Virus record (IMG/VR): IMGVR_UViG_2830247124_000001
Span: 32,001-96,000 of that record
Direction: 5' to 3' (one strand)
DNA length: 64,000 bases
From: a virus
Taxonomy: Duplodnaviria > Caudoviricetes
Below, piece by piece: positions 26,472 to 37,951 of the stretch. The stretch's first letter is position 1. The number at the start of each line of letters is the position of its first letter. The notes beneath the pieces are model-generated. The model saw nothing but the letters and a program-made list of their open reading frames with translations. It was not told the DNA's origin and ran no database searches. The translations under genes were made by a program, and so were the position numbers.

Positions 26472-27143
26472 ATGACCGCTGATACGGTAATTACACGAAT
26501 CAGGCGACGCCTCGACCAAGTCCCCCTCAACGTAGAGTCTGTAGACAAAGACTCCGACGTGCTCGGGTCCGTTTCGACAAACTTCTCGAACGAGGATCTT
26601 CTCGACCGCATCAACAAAGCGACCCGTGCGATCATCTCGAAGGTCAAGGCCCAGCACGTCCCGATGGCCATCGAGAAGAAGACGTCGGTCAATGGGATTG
26701 AGCAGTCCGCAGTCCGCCTCCTGCCCCGCCGAGTGTTCGGCAGTGACGATGGAGGCACGACCTACGTGCGAGCTTTCGAGAGGAGCGTCGATACGCAGCG
26801 CCGACTCGAATCCAGGATTTCGAACCCTGGCCGAGAGGCAACGGCACAGTATCCGGTTTTCGTCTACGAGGATGGCCGCTTTCAGATTTTTCCGGAGACG
26901 CTCGGGGTGAAGGCGTTTGTCGTGGAGGCCCCTTCCGGGGCGACCTCTACAAGCGACACGCTGGTTCTGGACGAACGCTTTGAGCGTGCGATCACGGACT
27001 ACGTCTCGGCCAATTGCTACCAGACAATGCGCCGCACGAACCTCGCGGAGTTCTTCATGAACCTCTACAACCGGGATCTTCAGCCCTATTCGCTGGACCT
27101 TCGTTACGGGTCTCTCGACGACCAGGAAATCGACGTGGAGTAA
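26472..27143 (+). CDS. head-tail adaptor/ring protein, paralog 2
   Basis: Paralog of 25726..26415. Confidence 0.65.
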   Translation: MTADTVITRIRRRLDQVPLNVESVDKDSDVLGSVSTNFSNEDLLDRINKATRAIISKVKAQHVPMAIEKKTSVNGIEQSAVRLLPRRVFGSDDGGTTYVRAFERSVDTQRRLESRISNPGREATAQYPVFVYEDGRFQIFPETLGVKAFVVEAPSGATSTSDTLVLDERFERAITDYVSANCYQTMRRTNLAEFFMNLYNRDLQPYSLDLRYGSLDDQEIDVE

Positions 27144-27184
27144 TCCTGGCAAGAATCGCAGCGTACCCCCAATAAAAATTCCCT

Positions 27185-27769
27185 ATGGCCAATACCAACG
27201 GACTATATAATGTAGATCAGCTTCGGAGCGAGATCGGTAGCCCGACTGCCGACCCCCGAGAACCAGGGGCCGTGCTTGACAGCGAGCTTCAGGGGATCAT
27301 CGACCGGGAGGAGAGCACCCTCGACAGCATGATCCTCTCCCGTCTGGAGAAGCGCTCTCTTGAGTCGGTACCGACGACCGACCAAAAGGCACACGAAGAG
27401 ACGACCGTCTCCCTCGTAAATGAGACGAGTCATGCGGAGGGTACTGTAGACGACAAGTTCTACGCGATCACGTTCTTCGAGGGGGAGGGCCCGAACGACA
27501 ACTTCTTCGAGTACGACCCGAACCTGCAAGTCGAGTCGGTCGGTTTTTTCGAGCGCCGCCGGTTCACGTTCGTCTCGAACAAAGCGTTGGTCATTCCGGC
27601 AGACACCTCGACCATCGACCTGTACCTTCCGGTAAAGACGAAGGTGAGAAGCCGCATGGGCGGCCTCATTGCGAAGGCGAACAGCAAGATCCTCGAACTG
27701 GCCCAGTCGATGGCCCAAAGCAAGGCCCAGCAGGGCGAGCGCCTCGAACGGTCGGACCTGGACCAGTAA
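27185..27769 (+). CDS. putative virion neck protein
   Basis: Position in the structural module. Confidence 0.55.
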   Translation: MANTNGLYNVDQLRSEIGSPTADPREPGAVLDSELQGIIDREESTLDSMILSRLEKRSLESVPTTDQKAHEETTVSLVNETSHAEGTVDDKFYAITFFEGEGPNDNFFEYDPNLQVESVGFFERRRFTFVSNKALVIPADTSTIDLYLPVKTKVRSRMGGLIAKANSKILELAQSMAQSKAQQGERLERSDLDQ

Positions 27770-27792
27770 ACGTGCATCTTTGAGAACCGACT

Positions 27793-27810
27793 CTCAAATA
27801 ATTATTTGAC
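27793..27810. promoter_or_regulatory. 18-bp palindromic site
   Basis: CTCAAATAATTATTTGAC. Confidence 0.7.
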
Positions 27811-27847
27811 TTCGGTGGCCTTCCAGCCACACAACCTCTGACTCACC

Positions 27848-28231
27848 ATGGCCTCCTTTCCAAAATCAGAAGTCGCGGGAATTGCGATGCAACAGATCCT
27901 TAGCCAGTCCAATGAGGAGGGGGAGTCGATGTCGGTTCGGTCCGACCGCAAGAGCGAAGCAGAGTATTACGTCGGTCTCGCGCTGGAGGAGATGAAAGAC
28001 GAGTACGGCTACGACCCCGCAGAGAAGAAGACGACCCGCGCCAAGCCTGCGGTCATCCGGTACGTGAAGGTGTCTCTGATCGGTCGGGCCGCCTCTGTAG
28101 ACCAGCAGTTCACCATGCTGGCGGACAAATGGGCACAAGCGGTCAACCGCAAGGCCAACCAGGAAGACCGAAACTCCAAAGACGACGAGTACGACTCGCG
28201 CCGCATCGACCTGTACGATACCCAGGAATAA
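27848..28231 (+). CDS. putative virion protein
   Basis: 127 aa, directly before the tail fibre gene. Confidence 0.6.
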   Translation: MASFPKSEVAGIAMQQILSQSNEEGESMSVRSDRKSEAEYYVGLALEEMKDEYGYDPAEKKTTRAKPAVIRYVKVSLIGRAASVDQQFTMLADKWAQAVNRKANQEDRNSKDDEYDSRRIDLYDTQE

Positions 28232-28298
28232 CTAGAGCAAACGCCCGAACCTCCTCGGGTCACGGGAGTCTTGACTCCCTTTTCTACCAACCCCTTAC

Positions 28299-31200
28299 AT
28301 GCCACTCGGACCTTCTCGCCCCAGCAGCAACGAGGGCTCTTTCGAAAACAACACGAGAGGCGACGCCCGCAAAGCGGGGTACGCCCCAGAGGAAGGGCCC
28401 ACTGACTTTGAAGACACCACCAGAAACGCCTACGTCAGCGAGTACCCGTTTCAGATCGGCACAGAGGCGATCCTTTCCCTGTCGGCCTACCTTGAAAAAG
28501 AGGGAGACGTGTCCATCTCAGTCTTCTTTGCTGACGCGAGTGCCCGTCTGGCCCGCTACTCAGCAAGCACAAGCGAGTGGTCCTACGTGCCCTCTCCTGG
28601 GTCGGACCAGTACATTCAAATCAGCGAGGACGGCGGCCTTACCTGGAACCGTTACCCGATAACAACCCCCACCTCTTCTGACAACGCCAAGTCCATTCGT
28701 TTTCAGCGGTCTGCGGACCAGCCTGAAGTAGATGCCACGTCTGTCACAGGGGGTACTGGGTGGAACGACACCCCCTCCTACCCCTCCCCGCAGGTTCAGC
28801 GCCGAAACACGCTTTGGGCGACTGTCGGGAGAGTAGACACCAACAACGGGAATGTCGTTGAGGAGTGGTCTACCCCCTTCCCGGTGATTGGCGTTCACTC
28901 TTCCCACGGGGTTGTAGCGCAGTATTCCGGCGGGTCTGGAAACTGGTCCGACGACTACGACTCGCTAAACCACAGCCAGATTCGCTTTAGCGCAGACCAC
29001 GGGGGGAGTTGGACATCGGCGTTTACCTTCTCAAATGGAAGCGTAAAGTTTCAAAGTGGCTACCGCCCACCGGGATACGACAAGAACAAAACCGACCCCG
29101 GAATAGCCTGGACAAACAGCCCGACGACTGACACTCTTGAAGAGAACGGAACGCTATGGGCCCTTCGGAAGAACCCCAGCACCGACGGACCTACGTGGCT
29201 TGAGCCGGTCCAGGTTGTTACCGGCTCCACGCCGTGGCAGGATAGAATCGTCAGCAAGCAAAACGATTCCGGCAAGAAGAAGACGTTTGAGACCCGGTCG
29301 GACTTTCTCTCGCTTCCGCTATCGAATCAGGAGCTTACCTACTACTGGCGCTTGACGGGCGGTTTGCTTGAAAGCCCAATTGTCGGGTACCACACGTTCG
29401 ACCGAAACCGGGAGCCGGAATTCGACGGAAACCTCACCGTCGAGGGACAAGACCTTATCTTGCGTCTGACCGGAGATGAGGACGTGCGGTCCTACGACAT
29501 AGCAGTCAACATCGGAGGGTCGGAGATCCCAGAGCCTTCAAGCGGAGAGCACTTCGAGAGACAAAACTTCGAATACGGCCTCAATCTCGGCCCGATTGAA
29601 GACGGCCAGACCGCTCTTGTAAGCGTAGCTGCATACATTTCTCTTGGGGGAGTGGGAGGGCTTGAACGATACACAGACGGCGACACTGGCACGCGCAAGA
29701 CCTTTGTCCTCGAAAACGATGGGGATGGGTACGTCATGCAGGGGAGGTTCTCCAGCGCGAAGGACGGGCCGATTTCCTCACAGGCATCCGGTGGGGATAG
29801 CTTCGTCCAGATAAGCAACAACGGCGGGGTCCGGTGGAGCAAGAGTCTCGACACGGCGGGGTTTGCCAACACCGGCATACAGGAAAACATCTACTTTCAG
29901 AGGGGGCTGGGAGCACCAGAGATCGACACGTACGGCACAGGAGGGCCAGGGCCGGATTGGAGCAACACGCCGCCAAGTGGCAGCCTCACCCTTTGGATGA
30001 CCCGTGGCCCAGTGGACGAGAACGGAGACCTTCAGCCGTGGGGCCGGTGGACGACGCCAGTTGTTTTTCTTTCGGAGGTGGCCGGAAGAACGATGCCACC
30101 GGACAAGGCAATCGCGCAGTTCTCCGACCAGCCCGATGGCCCGTGGTACGATAAGTATTCGAACACCACCGTCGGTGACAACGCCGGGTACGTCCGGGTA
30201 AGCTGGGATGACGGCGCAACATGGCAGGTGTCTGACATGGACACGCCCGATGATAACCCGATCAACCCGGTTGTCAAGCAAAACGTCGTCAACCGGTTTC
30301 AGCGGTCCTCTTCAGAGCCGAGCGTAAACAACGGCAGCTACTCTAAACCGGGGACCGGTTGGACAGACTTTCCAAGCACATCTAGCAGCGAGGACCTTTG
30401 GATGATCTCGGGGCTGGCGGACCTGGACAAAAACGAGCTAATAGACCCGTGGAGCGATCCAATACGTCTCGTTGAACCGGCCACGAGGCCCTCGTTTATC
30501 GAGTTTGGTGAGACGGCAAGCGGCCCGTGGAATTCGATTTACGAATCTGCGGGGGAGACGGCCAATACGTTTGATCCGGCAGACGGGTATTTCCACATCT
30601 CACGCGACAACACTGCAACCTGGACCCAGTCTCGACCGCTGAGTGAGGCATACTTCAAAAAGCAAACTGCCGAGCCCTCCTCGACTACCGACCCGTCTGC
30701 GGACGGGTGGGACGAGACGCCCCCAGAGGGTTACCCCAATACAGAGGTAAATCTCTGGATCACTATGAAAGACGGGGTTTCTTGGACCGACCCTGAAAAG
30801 GTAAAGCAAGACGTAAGCCCGAAGGGACCGCAAGAAACGGAGGTCTACATCCAGTATTCCAACGACAAAACCTCCTGGCACGACGACATCCGAGAGTCAG
30901 ACAAGTGGATGCGCCAGCGGATCGGAAATGGCCTATGGCGAGGTCCTTTCCGGATAAAGGGAGAATCCGGAGACGATGGCCGGTACCGAAACTTCCTCTT
31001 CAAGGCCAGCCGGTTCCCCAACGACGGGCCCGCCATCGACTCCACAATTCCGGATTGGGACAGCAGCGTAAGCTACGCTGAAGGGGACCGGGTGTTTTAC
31101 GATGGAGACGGCACCTACGAGTATTGGGTGGCCCAGTCTGCACACAGTGGAACGGCCCCCTCTACATCTGCAAGCCAGTGGGGCAACGTCTCGGAGAACA

Positions 31201-34200
31201 CCTTCGACGCGGACTCCGGGTGGGTAGACGGCCCGTTCGGGGCCCTGCAAAATGGAGACAGCGAGGAGATTTACGTCTGGTCGATCAACGCGGATTTCGA
31301 GCCGGACCCGTCCTCCACCACCGACACCCGCCTGGAGAAGTGGGACGGGCCTGGGCGGTTCAACGGGATCGACGCGCAGGACTACTACATCAAGCCGGAA
31401 AACGGGCGGTCGATCAAAAACAGCAACCCCGACGCCAGCCTTCCCTTCCAGGTAGTCGAGATTCAGGGAGGAGAGCAGGATGTGATCGCGGATTCCGGCA
31501 CTGGCCCTGAGCTTTACTGGAAGGACCCGTCGGTAGACTACTCTTCGGTCAGCCGCGACTACGACCTGATCGACACGATCACCGGCATCTCCAGCACGCG
31601 GGAACCGGCCTTTGGGGCGTCGGAGATTGAGGGGAACCTGACCCTTTTCCTGCGGGCAGGCAGCGCGGAGTCGGACGCGAGCTACGACACGATCAACATG
31701 TTTGACGTAACCGATGGGCTCTCGGGTATTTACATCGAGACCCCGAGCGGCGTGCTCATGACGCATTATGCGGCCCGAGAAATCGATGCGGTCTCCCCCT
31801 CCTCCCTATCCTTTACTGCACGGTTTACCGACACACAGGGCACACAGCACTCCAAGGACGTCGCGTTTACCGGATCGGAGGACTCCAATGGCGACTTCAT
31901 CGTTGACGTCTCGATTGGGTCCGTCCTAAACGACGCTGCCATCAGCGAGGTGCGGGTGAAAGAAAATGGGACCGTCGCCTCTGCGTCGTCTGGCAACACG
32001 GCCACCGGATCGGTTACCAACCCTGGCGAAATCATCGTCGAGGTAGAGGGCAAGGACCCGAACACCGGCGACGTGGTCACCTCATCTGAGCAGCTTCAGA
32101 CGAGCGTCGATGAGGGGCAGTACAGCATACGGGTCCTGGACGGGAAATCTATCGAGCAGAGCAGCGACGGGGTCATGGACTTTGAGGCGTGGCGCTCCGA
32201 CGGAGACGGGACCCGGCAGGTGTCTCTCTCCAATACCGAATTTCAGATGGTCCTGCGACCGAATGAGGCGAATTCGGTCTCGCTGACGGACCCGGTTGAG
32301 GTGAGCCAGTCAGACCTGGACAGCACCACCAACACCCTACAGCTTCAAGACGGAAGCGGCACGGCCCTCGACTCGGTGAGCCTGACGAAGGTCAACCAGA
32401 TCACCCCGAGCCTCCAGTACGAAATTGACCAGAAGTCCAACCTGAAGGGCAATGGCAAGGAGTGGGGGCACCTGAAATTCTTCATAGAAGGAGACCCTGC
32501 CCAGACGGTCGATACGGTGGGCGTGAGGAAGGCCGTTGCCCAGAACCTCGAAGAGGAAGACCGGAACAAGCCAGAAACGCAGTTCGATGACATAAGCGGA
32601 AACTCCTCCCCGTACACCCAAAAGGTTGAGCTAAAGAAGAAGCACAACTCCTTCATCGAGATCAAGATCACGTTCACCAGTGACCGCGATCCGATCCGGA
32701 AAGCCTTTACGTTCGACCACGACCTGCGCCCAGAAGCCAACTACGAGGTGCCGAAGGCTAGGTCACAAACTTATGGAGGGAGTATATCAATTGGTTTCCG
32801 GACGTTGGCGAGCAAAGAGCTTATCTACGAAGTCTCGGCACGGGGGGACGCAGATGTCGGCGGGTACAAAATTGTGTTCATCCACGACAAAGGGGGCACG
32901 AATCAGAGAAAGTTCGAGACCCACGTAGAGGGAAGTCAACTAGACACGCTTGTTCCACACGACCAGTGGAGCGACAATAACTCTGTTGGTGATGGTGTAG
33001 AGGACAGCGGGTTCTATATAGACCAACAGAGAATCCTGCAAACCATTCAAAACGAGGCGTATCTCGATACCTACGAAGCAGACATCGAGGTAACGGCGTA
33101 CTCCGGGTGGGACCCGAATGGCGGCCCCACGGGAAATGGCGGCGTTACAGGCCGGAAGGACGAAAACGCATTCAGCAAGAAGGTTGGCGTGCAACAGGGA
33201 GCAGTCGGTCGTTTCCGGCCAGAGCTTACCACTGTGAACCTGAGTCCGGTGACCAAGGGAACGAACAACGACGAGGTTTCGATCTACGTCGATGTAAACT
33301 CGGATGCGGATGGCTACACCCTCAAGTGGGAGGTGTACGACGATACCGATACTCTAATCAACGAAAAGTATCTTGACGGGTCCAGCGAGTTTGACGGCAT
33401 CCCGATAGAGGGCTCAACAATCGCTCCTGGGGAAAAGCAGTTTTACATCGACAAGGTCCCTGAAGAGTCTGATAGCAACGGCCCTGGGCGGGGACTCGTG
33501 AAGGTCGTTCCGATTGGATACCAGGGGCAAGTTGCTGAAGCTGGCGAAGAGACAGTCATCTCTCTTGCCCCAAAGACGCAGCCGGGGACGCGGTTCTCCA
33601 TTGTTGGAGGCTCTGGAAGCGAGACGACCGTAAGTAGCGACACCACCTCAGCCGGGACCCTGAACGTATCTTCCGACTCCGACGGGGCCGGTGGCCAGAC
33701 GTACAACGTCAACGCCCCTCAGAGCATCGGCCCAAACGCAAGTCCGGACTTCTCTGGGCTTTCGCTCAACAGCGGCTCTACCACCGCAAACGAAATCACC
33801 GACGACACGTCCCTGACCGATGGGAGCGCCACGTCCCTGCCCACGGAGAATGCCGTGAAGTCCTACGTGGATAACAATACTAGCCAGTACACTGACAGCG
33901 ATGCCGTAGACGCTATCGAGTCCACTCGCATTAACAGCCTGCGGCTCGAAAACCAGGAGTTTGATTCTACAAGCGCAGACGAGAGCCAGGGCGTATTTGT
34001 GTTCGACAAGAGCGCGGGCCTTGCGTACTTCAACGACGCCACCAATGCCCCTGGCGGGGACCTGAGCGGCACCGACGCGACGAAGTGGCACCGGGTTCTG
34101 GATACTAACGTACTGGACACAGGGAGCGAGCTTACCCTGAGCCGCAACGGCACCGAAGGTCAAGTGGGACTCTCTATCGACCAGGGGGACGGGAGCGAAC

Positions 34201-37200
34201 TCAATGCCGACAAGCTCGACGGCTACGAAGGCAGTGACCTTGCGGCGCGTGGGGAAAACGAGATCATTACTGGTAGATGGAAGTTTCGGGATAATGTTGA
34301 GACAGGAGCGGCTGCTGGTGCTTTTATTGAATTTGAGGACGCCACACCTACTCGCACGGGCTTTGTAGGGGACGGCTCAAGCAAGGATTCTGATATATAC
34401 GTCGGCTCCGATAGCGGAGGCGTGCGGCTTTGGGCGCAGGGAGCTACCCAATTGTACGCAGACCCCGATGGGGTGGGGGTAAACACAACAGAACCACAGT
34501 CAGCATTTGAGACAGAGGGGCGCATATTGCAATCTGACGGGTCGGTCCCAACTGTTGATGGGGGCGGGATTCAGTCCGTAGAAAGTTTTCCCCGCCTCGT
34601 GCTCGATGACCCCACCGAAGCTACAGACAGCAAGGTGTGGGAGCTTGTCGGAGGGCTTGACGGGAACAGAGGAAACCTTGCGATCCGGGCAGTGGACGAC
34701 ACGTTCTCCAATGCAACCCGCGCCATTGAGTTTATCCGTAACGGGTACTCAATGAAACAGGTCAACATTCCGTCCGCTCGCGTCGGCATCGGGACAAACA
34801 CCCCCGAATCAGGCAACCTTTTGGATGCCCACTCAAGCGGGTTTTCTCAAGTAACCCTTAGCTCTGATCGTGGGTCGTCAGAGGGTACTAACATCGGGGC
34901 CTACGCATGGCACGACTCGAATGGGGATCGGAGGGGAGTCATTCACGGGCGGACGAGCGGGATGGTGCGAATTGGAAATCAGGTCGATGGCAGCATTTTG
35001 AATGTCACCGCTGATCGGCGGGTGGGCGTGCTAACAGAAAGCCCGAACGTGCAATTCGAGGCGACCAAAGGCATCGCAACGGCAGGAGGGAAAGGCATTG
35101 CGCTACAAGGAACCAATGATGTTGACGTTCAAGACTATGGGGTTGTGCTCAATGCGATGGGAACCAGTGGGGCCATTTATATTGACGAGTCAAAACTGGA
35201 CGCGTTCGACATTACCCGATTCCACAATAGCGGGAGCAATTACCGCTCTGTGTTGAAGGCTGATCCGGGGGCCGATGCGATTACTGGTGATTCTTTTACG
35301 GCCAAGACATTTGGATGGCAGATCACCAAGGAGGGAGAGGCAGACTTCCGGCGGATCTATACCGATGAGCTTGTGGCGAAGTCGTTCGTGACGGACGTAA
35401 CGCAGGCCCTTGCCGGAAGCGACTTTCTCACCAAGTCCGTTGCCACGTTGGCCCTCGACTACACCATTCCGTCACCGGGTAATACCTCGGCAATGCGGGT
35501 CAACGACCTGCCGGGGCAGAAGGGCGTGAAGGTGTTCGAATCGGGGGATTGGGTGCGGTTTCGGGTCGTAGACAAAAGCAGTGGGGGGCTTTCTGTCTTG
35601 GACGTGTGGGGGACCGTCGCATACCTCAACGACGTGGGAGACGGAACGCAGCGGTGGGACTTTACCCGCCAGGATAGCAACACTGCCGCCAATGGAAAGA
35701 CGGTCGGAAAAGACGCCGCCGTGCTCGACTACGGGGGCGGCGGGACAGATGACACAGGCAGCATCAGGCGCACCGTAGAGGGCAACAATGCGCCCCTTGG
35801 CGCTATCGAGACGTGGAGCGGCGACCCGATGAGCGGCTCAAATTATACGACGCACCTAGCGTACGGAAACCTCTCGGGCGTGAGCAGCAGCAACCCCAAC
35901 ATCAACCCGAGCGGGTGGGGACTCTACACGGAGAACGGATATTTTGAGGGGGAGATTGCCGCGACGACAGGCGAGATCACCGACCACATCACGATTAACA
36001 ACAATACCCGCATCGGAACAGATGCGTTCGGTAGTCAGGCATTCCCGGGCAGTGGAACGACCTCTTGGGTGGGTACAGACAGTGGGGGCAACCAGGCAAC
36101 CATCGGCGTAAGCACGCCGAACCACGCTGCTTATTTTTGGGGAGATGCGCCTAACTATGCTTACATGAGGGCGCGAAGTAATTCAAGTAAAAACGAGTTT
36201 ATGGCGGGTCTTTATGGTGGCTTTTGGGAGACACGTCTTATAGTCGGTGGCGATGATATACTACACGCAAACCGGGACGGAAATGGCAAAGTAGAGCTTT
36301 CTTCGTTTACAGTCGGCCCTGAAAGAATCACGAATGGAAACGTCCACATCGGCAACAGTGTCGGAAATCCGTGGATCAACGATAATGCAGTCGTCATGGG
36401 GTACTACAACGACGGATCAATGCCATTCATGGGCATCCGACGAGATTCCAACAACTTTATTGGACTGAACGCGGATTCTGGTAATTATGATATGCTGGTT
36501 CGATCAAATGGGGACGATGTGTTTAGAGTCGAGGGCGGAACCACGACAATCGCCGGATGGACCGTTTCTGGAAACGAGCTTACCACGTACTACGGAAGTG
36601 GAGATATACAACTCGGCGGTGAAGCGAATGGAATCTGGGACAGCAACTCAAATGAGGGAATGTATATCACAGGGTGGTCAGGCGGGAACGCCTCTCAAAT
36701 TGGGATCGTCGGGCCGAACGGCGGATGGACCGGATTCTGGAATGATGCCCCGGGCAACCAGTACATGAAGACGGAAAGCCCCGATGGGAATACGTATTTT
36801 CAGGCTGGGGAGGCGGGCGGAAAATGGGTAGTTAATGCGGAAATAGATAACGGCAATGGGGTTAGAACTGAAATGGGGGAGACGTATGCCTCGGGCGCGA
36901 TTGGATTTCGGGTCGTGGACATAAGTAACACGTCAAAGCAGATTCGGATGATCGACCGCTCTGGAAACTTGGAGTTTCTTGCTTATGAAAGCAGCGATGA
37001 TTTCGTCTCAATAGGAGAGGGGTATCCCCGGCGAAGCGGCGATCCATACGGAGGAAGCGTGTCGGGTATGGGGATTACAGTTGTAGCAAATGGGAACGTG
37101 GTGTTCGAGACGGATACTAGCGGCGCATATGTAGACAACCTCGAAGTGCGATCTAACGCTACCGTAAGAGGGGACGCTATTGTTGAAGACGAACTATTCG

Positions 37201-37931
37201 CACAAGACATTGAATTCACTGGCCAGATACGAACATCGAATTATGAGATCACGCTAAATGCGGGATATGGGTTGTCTATGTTGGCGAGTCAATCTGTTGG
37301 AGAGAAAAACGCTCTCTCTTGGTTTCAAGACGATGGAAGTGGCTCTCCTGTCACGCAGTCTTACATACAAGGATCTGGCAAGGGATTAGATCTTAAATCT
37401 GAAGGGGAAGTCAAAATGATGGGCGAAGACTTTATATTCACCCCAGATCCGAACTTAGACACTAGCTCTGGCGCTCCCAGATTCAAGGTTTCGGGAATGA
37501 AAATGATTCTTGAAGGTCTGAAAAAACAAGTCTACGCAAATAATGATTGGGAGATTTATCGAACTGACAATGGCTATTTGAAAATCAATGTTCCACAGAC
37601 TAGTTCTGGCCCCACCGCTGATCTTAGAACAGGTCAGATTGGTGGTCTGGAGGTAACGCTAGATGCCGGAGGTTCCTATGGTGGCTCATCAGGCATAGAG
37701 TATAAGTTTGATTATACAGACAACGGAAGCTACGATACCTCTTGGAGCACCAATCCAGAATCAACTACGACATATAATAGTTATCAGAGCTACACTGCTA
37801 GAGTAAAAGTAAAAGACAGTGACGGAAAAACTGATACTGATACGGTGAGCTTCACGCTCAGTGACTCAAGTGATGGTGGTAGTGGTGGTAGTGGTGGTTC
37901 TTCTGGTGGTGATAGTACAATTGCATTTTAG
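28299..37931 (+). CDS. giant tail fibre/receptor-binding protein (3210 aa)
   Basis: Asp-box repeats SxDxGxTW, CBM5/12-like WDSSVSYAEGDRV, VGIGT.TP repeats, C-terminal PKD-like domain. Confidence 0.85.
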   Translation: MPLGPSRPSSNEGSFENNTRGDARKAGYAPEEGPTDFEDTTRNAYVSEYPFQIGTEAILSLSAYLEKEGDVSISVFFADASARLARYSASTSEWSYVPSPGSDQYIQISEDGGLTWNRYPITTPTSSDNAKSIRFQRSADQPEVDATSVTGGTGWNDTPSYPSPQVQRRNTLWATVGRVDTNNGNVVEEWSTPFPVIGVHSSHGVVAQYSGGSGNWSDDYDSLNHSQIRFSADHGGSWTSAFTFSNGSVKFQSGYRPPGYDKNKTDPGIAWTNSPTTDTLEENGTLWALRKNPSTDGPTWLEPVQVVTGSTPWQDRIVSKQNDSGKKKTFETRSDFLSLPLSNQELTYYWRLTGGLLESPIVGYHTFDRNREPEFDGNLTVEGQDLILRLTGDEDVRSYDIAVNIGGSEIPEPSSGEHFERQNFEYGLNLGPIEDGQTALVSVAAYISLGGVGGLERYTDGDTGTRKTFVLENDGDGYVMQGRFSSAKDGPISSQASGGDSFVQISNNGGVRWSKSLDTAGFANTGIQENIYFQRGLGAPEIDTYGTGGPGPDWSNTPPSGSLTLWMTRGPVDENGDLQPWGRWTTPVVFLSEVAGRTMPPDKAIAQFSDQPDGPWYDKYSNTTVGDNAGYVRVSWDDGATWQVSDMDTPDDNPINPVVKQNVVNRFQRSSSEPSVNNGSYSKPGTGWTDFPSTSSSEDLWMISGLADLDKNELIDPWSDPIRLVEPATRPSFIEFGETASGPWNSIYESAGETANTFDPADGYFHISRDNTATWTQSRPLSEAYFKKQTAEPSSTTDPSADGWDETPPEGYPNTEVNLWITMKDGVSWTDPEKVKQDVSPKGPQETEVYIQYSNDKTSWHDDIRESDKWMRQRIGNGLWRGPFRIKGESGDDGRYRNFLFKASRFPNDGPAIDSTIPDWDSSVSYAEGDRVFYDGDGTYEYWVAQSAHSGTAPSTSASQWGNVSENTFDADSGWVDGPFGALQNGDSEEIYVWSINADFEPDPSSTTDTRLEKWDGPGRFNGIDAQDYYIKPENGRSIKNSNPDASLPFQVVEIQGGEQDVIADSGTGPELYWKDPSVDYSSVSRDYDLIDTITGISSTREPAFGASEIEGNLTLFLRAGSAESDASYDTINMFDVTDGLSGIYIETPSGVLMTHYAAREIDAVSPSSLSFTARFTDTQGTQHSKDVAFTGSEDSNGDFIVDVSIGSVLNDAAISEVRVKENGTVASASSGNTATGSVTNPGEIIVEVEGKDPNTGDVVTSSEQLQTSVDEGQYSIRVLDGKSIEQSSDGVMDFEAWRSDGDGTRQVSLSNTEFQMVLRPNEANSVSLTDPVEVSQSDLDSTTNTLQLQDGSGTALDSVSLTKVNQITPSLQYEIDQKSNLKGNGKEWGHLKFFIEGDPAQTVDTVGVRKAVAQNLEEEDRNKPETQFDDISGNSSPYTQKVELKKKHNSFIEIKITFTSDRDPIRKAFTFDHDLRPEANYEVPKARSQTYGGSISIGFRTLASKELIYEVSARGDADVGGYKIVFIHDKGGTNQRKFETHVEGSQLDTLVPHDQWSDNNSVGDGVEDSGFYIDQQRILQTIQNEAYLDTYEADIEVTAYSGWDPNGGPTGNGGVTGRKDENAFSKKVGVQQGAVGRFRPELTTVNLSPVTKGTNNDEVSIYVDVNSDADGYTLKWEVYDDTDTLINEKYLDGSSEFDGIPIEGSTIAPGEKQFYIDKVPEESDSNGPGRGLVKVVPIGYQGQVAEAGEETVISLAPKTQPGTRFSIVGGSGSETTVSSDTTSAGTLNVSSDSDGAGGQTYNVNAPQSIGPNASPDFSGLSLNSGSTTANEITDDTSLTDGSATSLPTENAVKSYVDNNTSQYTDSDAVDAIESTRINSLRLENQEFDSTSADESQGVFVFDKSAGLAYFNDATNAPGGDLSGTDATKWHRVLDTNVLDTGSELTLSRNGTEGQVGLSIDQGDGSELNADKLDGYEGSDLAARGENEIITGRWKFRDNVETGAAAGAFIEFEDATPTRTGFVGDGSSKDSDIYVGSDSGGVRLWAQGATQLYADPDGVGVNTTEPQSAFETEGRILQSDGSVPTVDGGGIQSVESFPRLVLDDPTEATDSKVWELVGGLDGNRGNLAIRAVDDTFSNATRAIEFIRNGYSMKQVNIPSARVGIGTNTPESGNLLDAHSSGFSQVTLSSDRGSSEGTNIGAYAWHDSNGDRRGVIHGRTSGMVRIGNQVDGSILNVTADRRVGVLTESPNVQFEATKGIATAGGKGIALQGTNDVDVQDYGVVLNAMGTSGAIYIDESKLDAFDITRFHNSGSNYRSVLKADPGADAITGDSFTAKTFGWQITKEGEADFRRIYTDELVAKSFVTDVTQALAGSDFLTKSVATLALDYTIPSPGNTSAMRVNDLPGQKGVKVFESGDWVRFRVVDKSSGGLSVLDVWGTVAYLNDVGDGTQRWDFTRQDSNTAANGKTVGKDAAVLDYGGGGTDDTGSIRRTVEGNNAPLGAIETWSGDPMSGSNYTTHLAYGNLSGVSSSNPNINPSGWGLYTENGYFEGEIAATTGEITDHITINNNTRIGTDAFGSQAFPGSGTTSWVGTDSGGNQATIGVSTPNHAAYFWGDAPNYAYMRARSNSSKNEFMAGLYGGFWETRLIVGGDDILHANRDGNGKVELSSFTVGPERITNGNVHIGNSVGNPWINDNAVVMGYYNDGSMPFMGIRRDSNNFIGLNADSGNYDMLVRSNGDDVFRVEGGTTTIAGWTVSGNELTTYYGSGDIQLGGEANGIWDSNSNEGMYITGWSGGNASQIGIVGPNGGWTGFWNDAPGNQYMKTESPDGNTYFQAGEAGGKWVVNAEIDNGNGVRTEMGETYASGAIGFRVVDISNTSKQIRMIDRSGNLEFLAYESSDDFVSIGEGYPRRSGDPYGGSVSGMGITVVANGNVVFETDTSGAYVDNLEVRSNATVRGDAIVEDELFAQDIEFTGQIRTSNYEITLNAGYGLSMLASQSVGEKNALSWFQDDGSGSPVTQSYIQGSGKGLDLKSEGEVKMMGEDFIFTPDPNLDTSSGAPRFKVSGMKMILEGLKKQVYANNDWEIYRTDNGYLKINVPQTSSGPTADLRTGQIGGLEVTLDAGGSYGGSSGIEYKFDYTDNGSYDTSWSTNPESTTTYNSYQSYTARVKVKDSDGKTDTDTVSFTLSDSSDGGSGGSGGSSGGDSTIAF

Positions 37932-37951
37932 ATCTAACTTTAATATATAAT

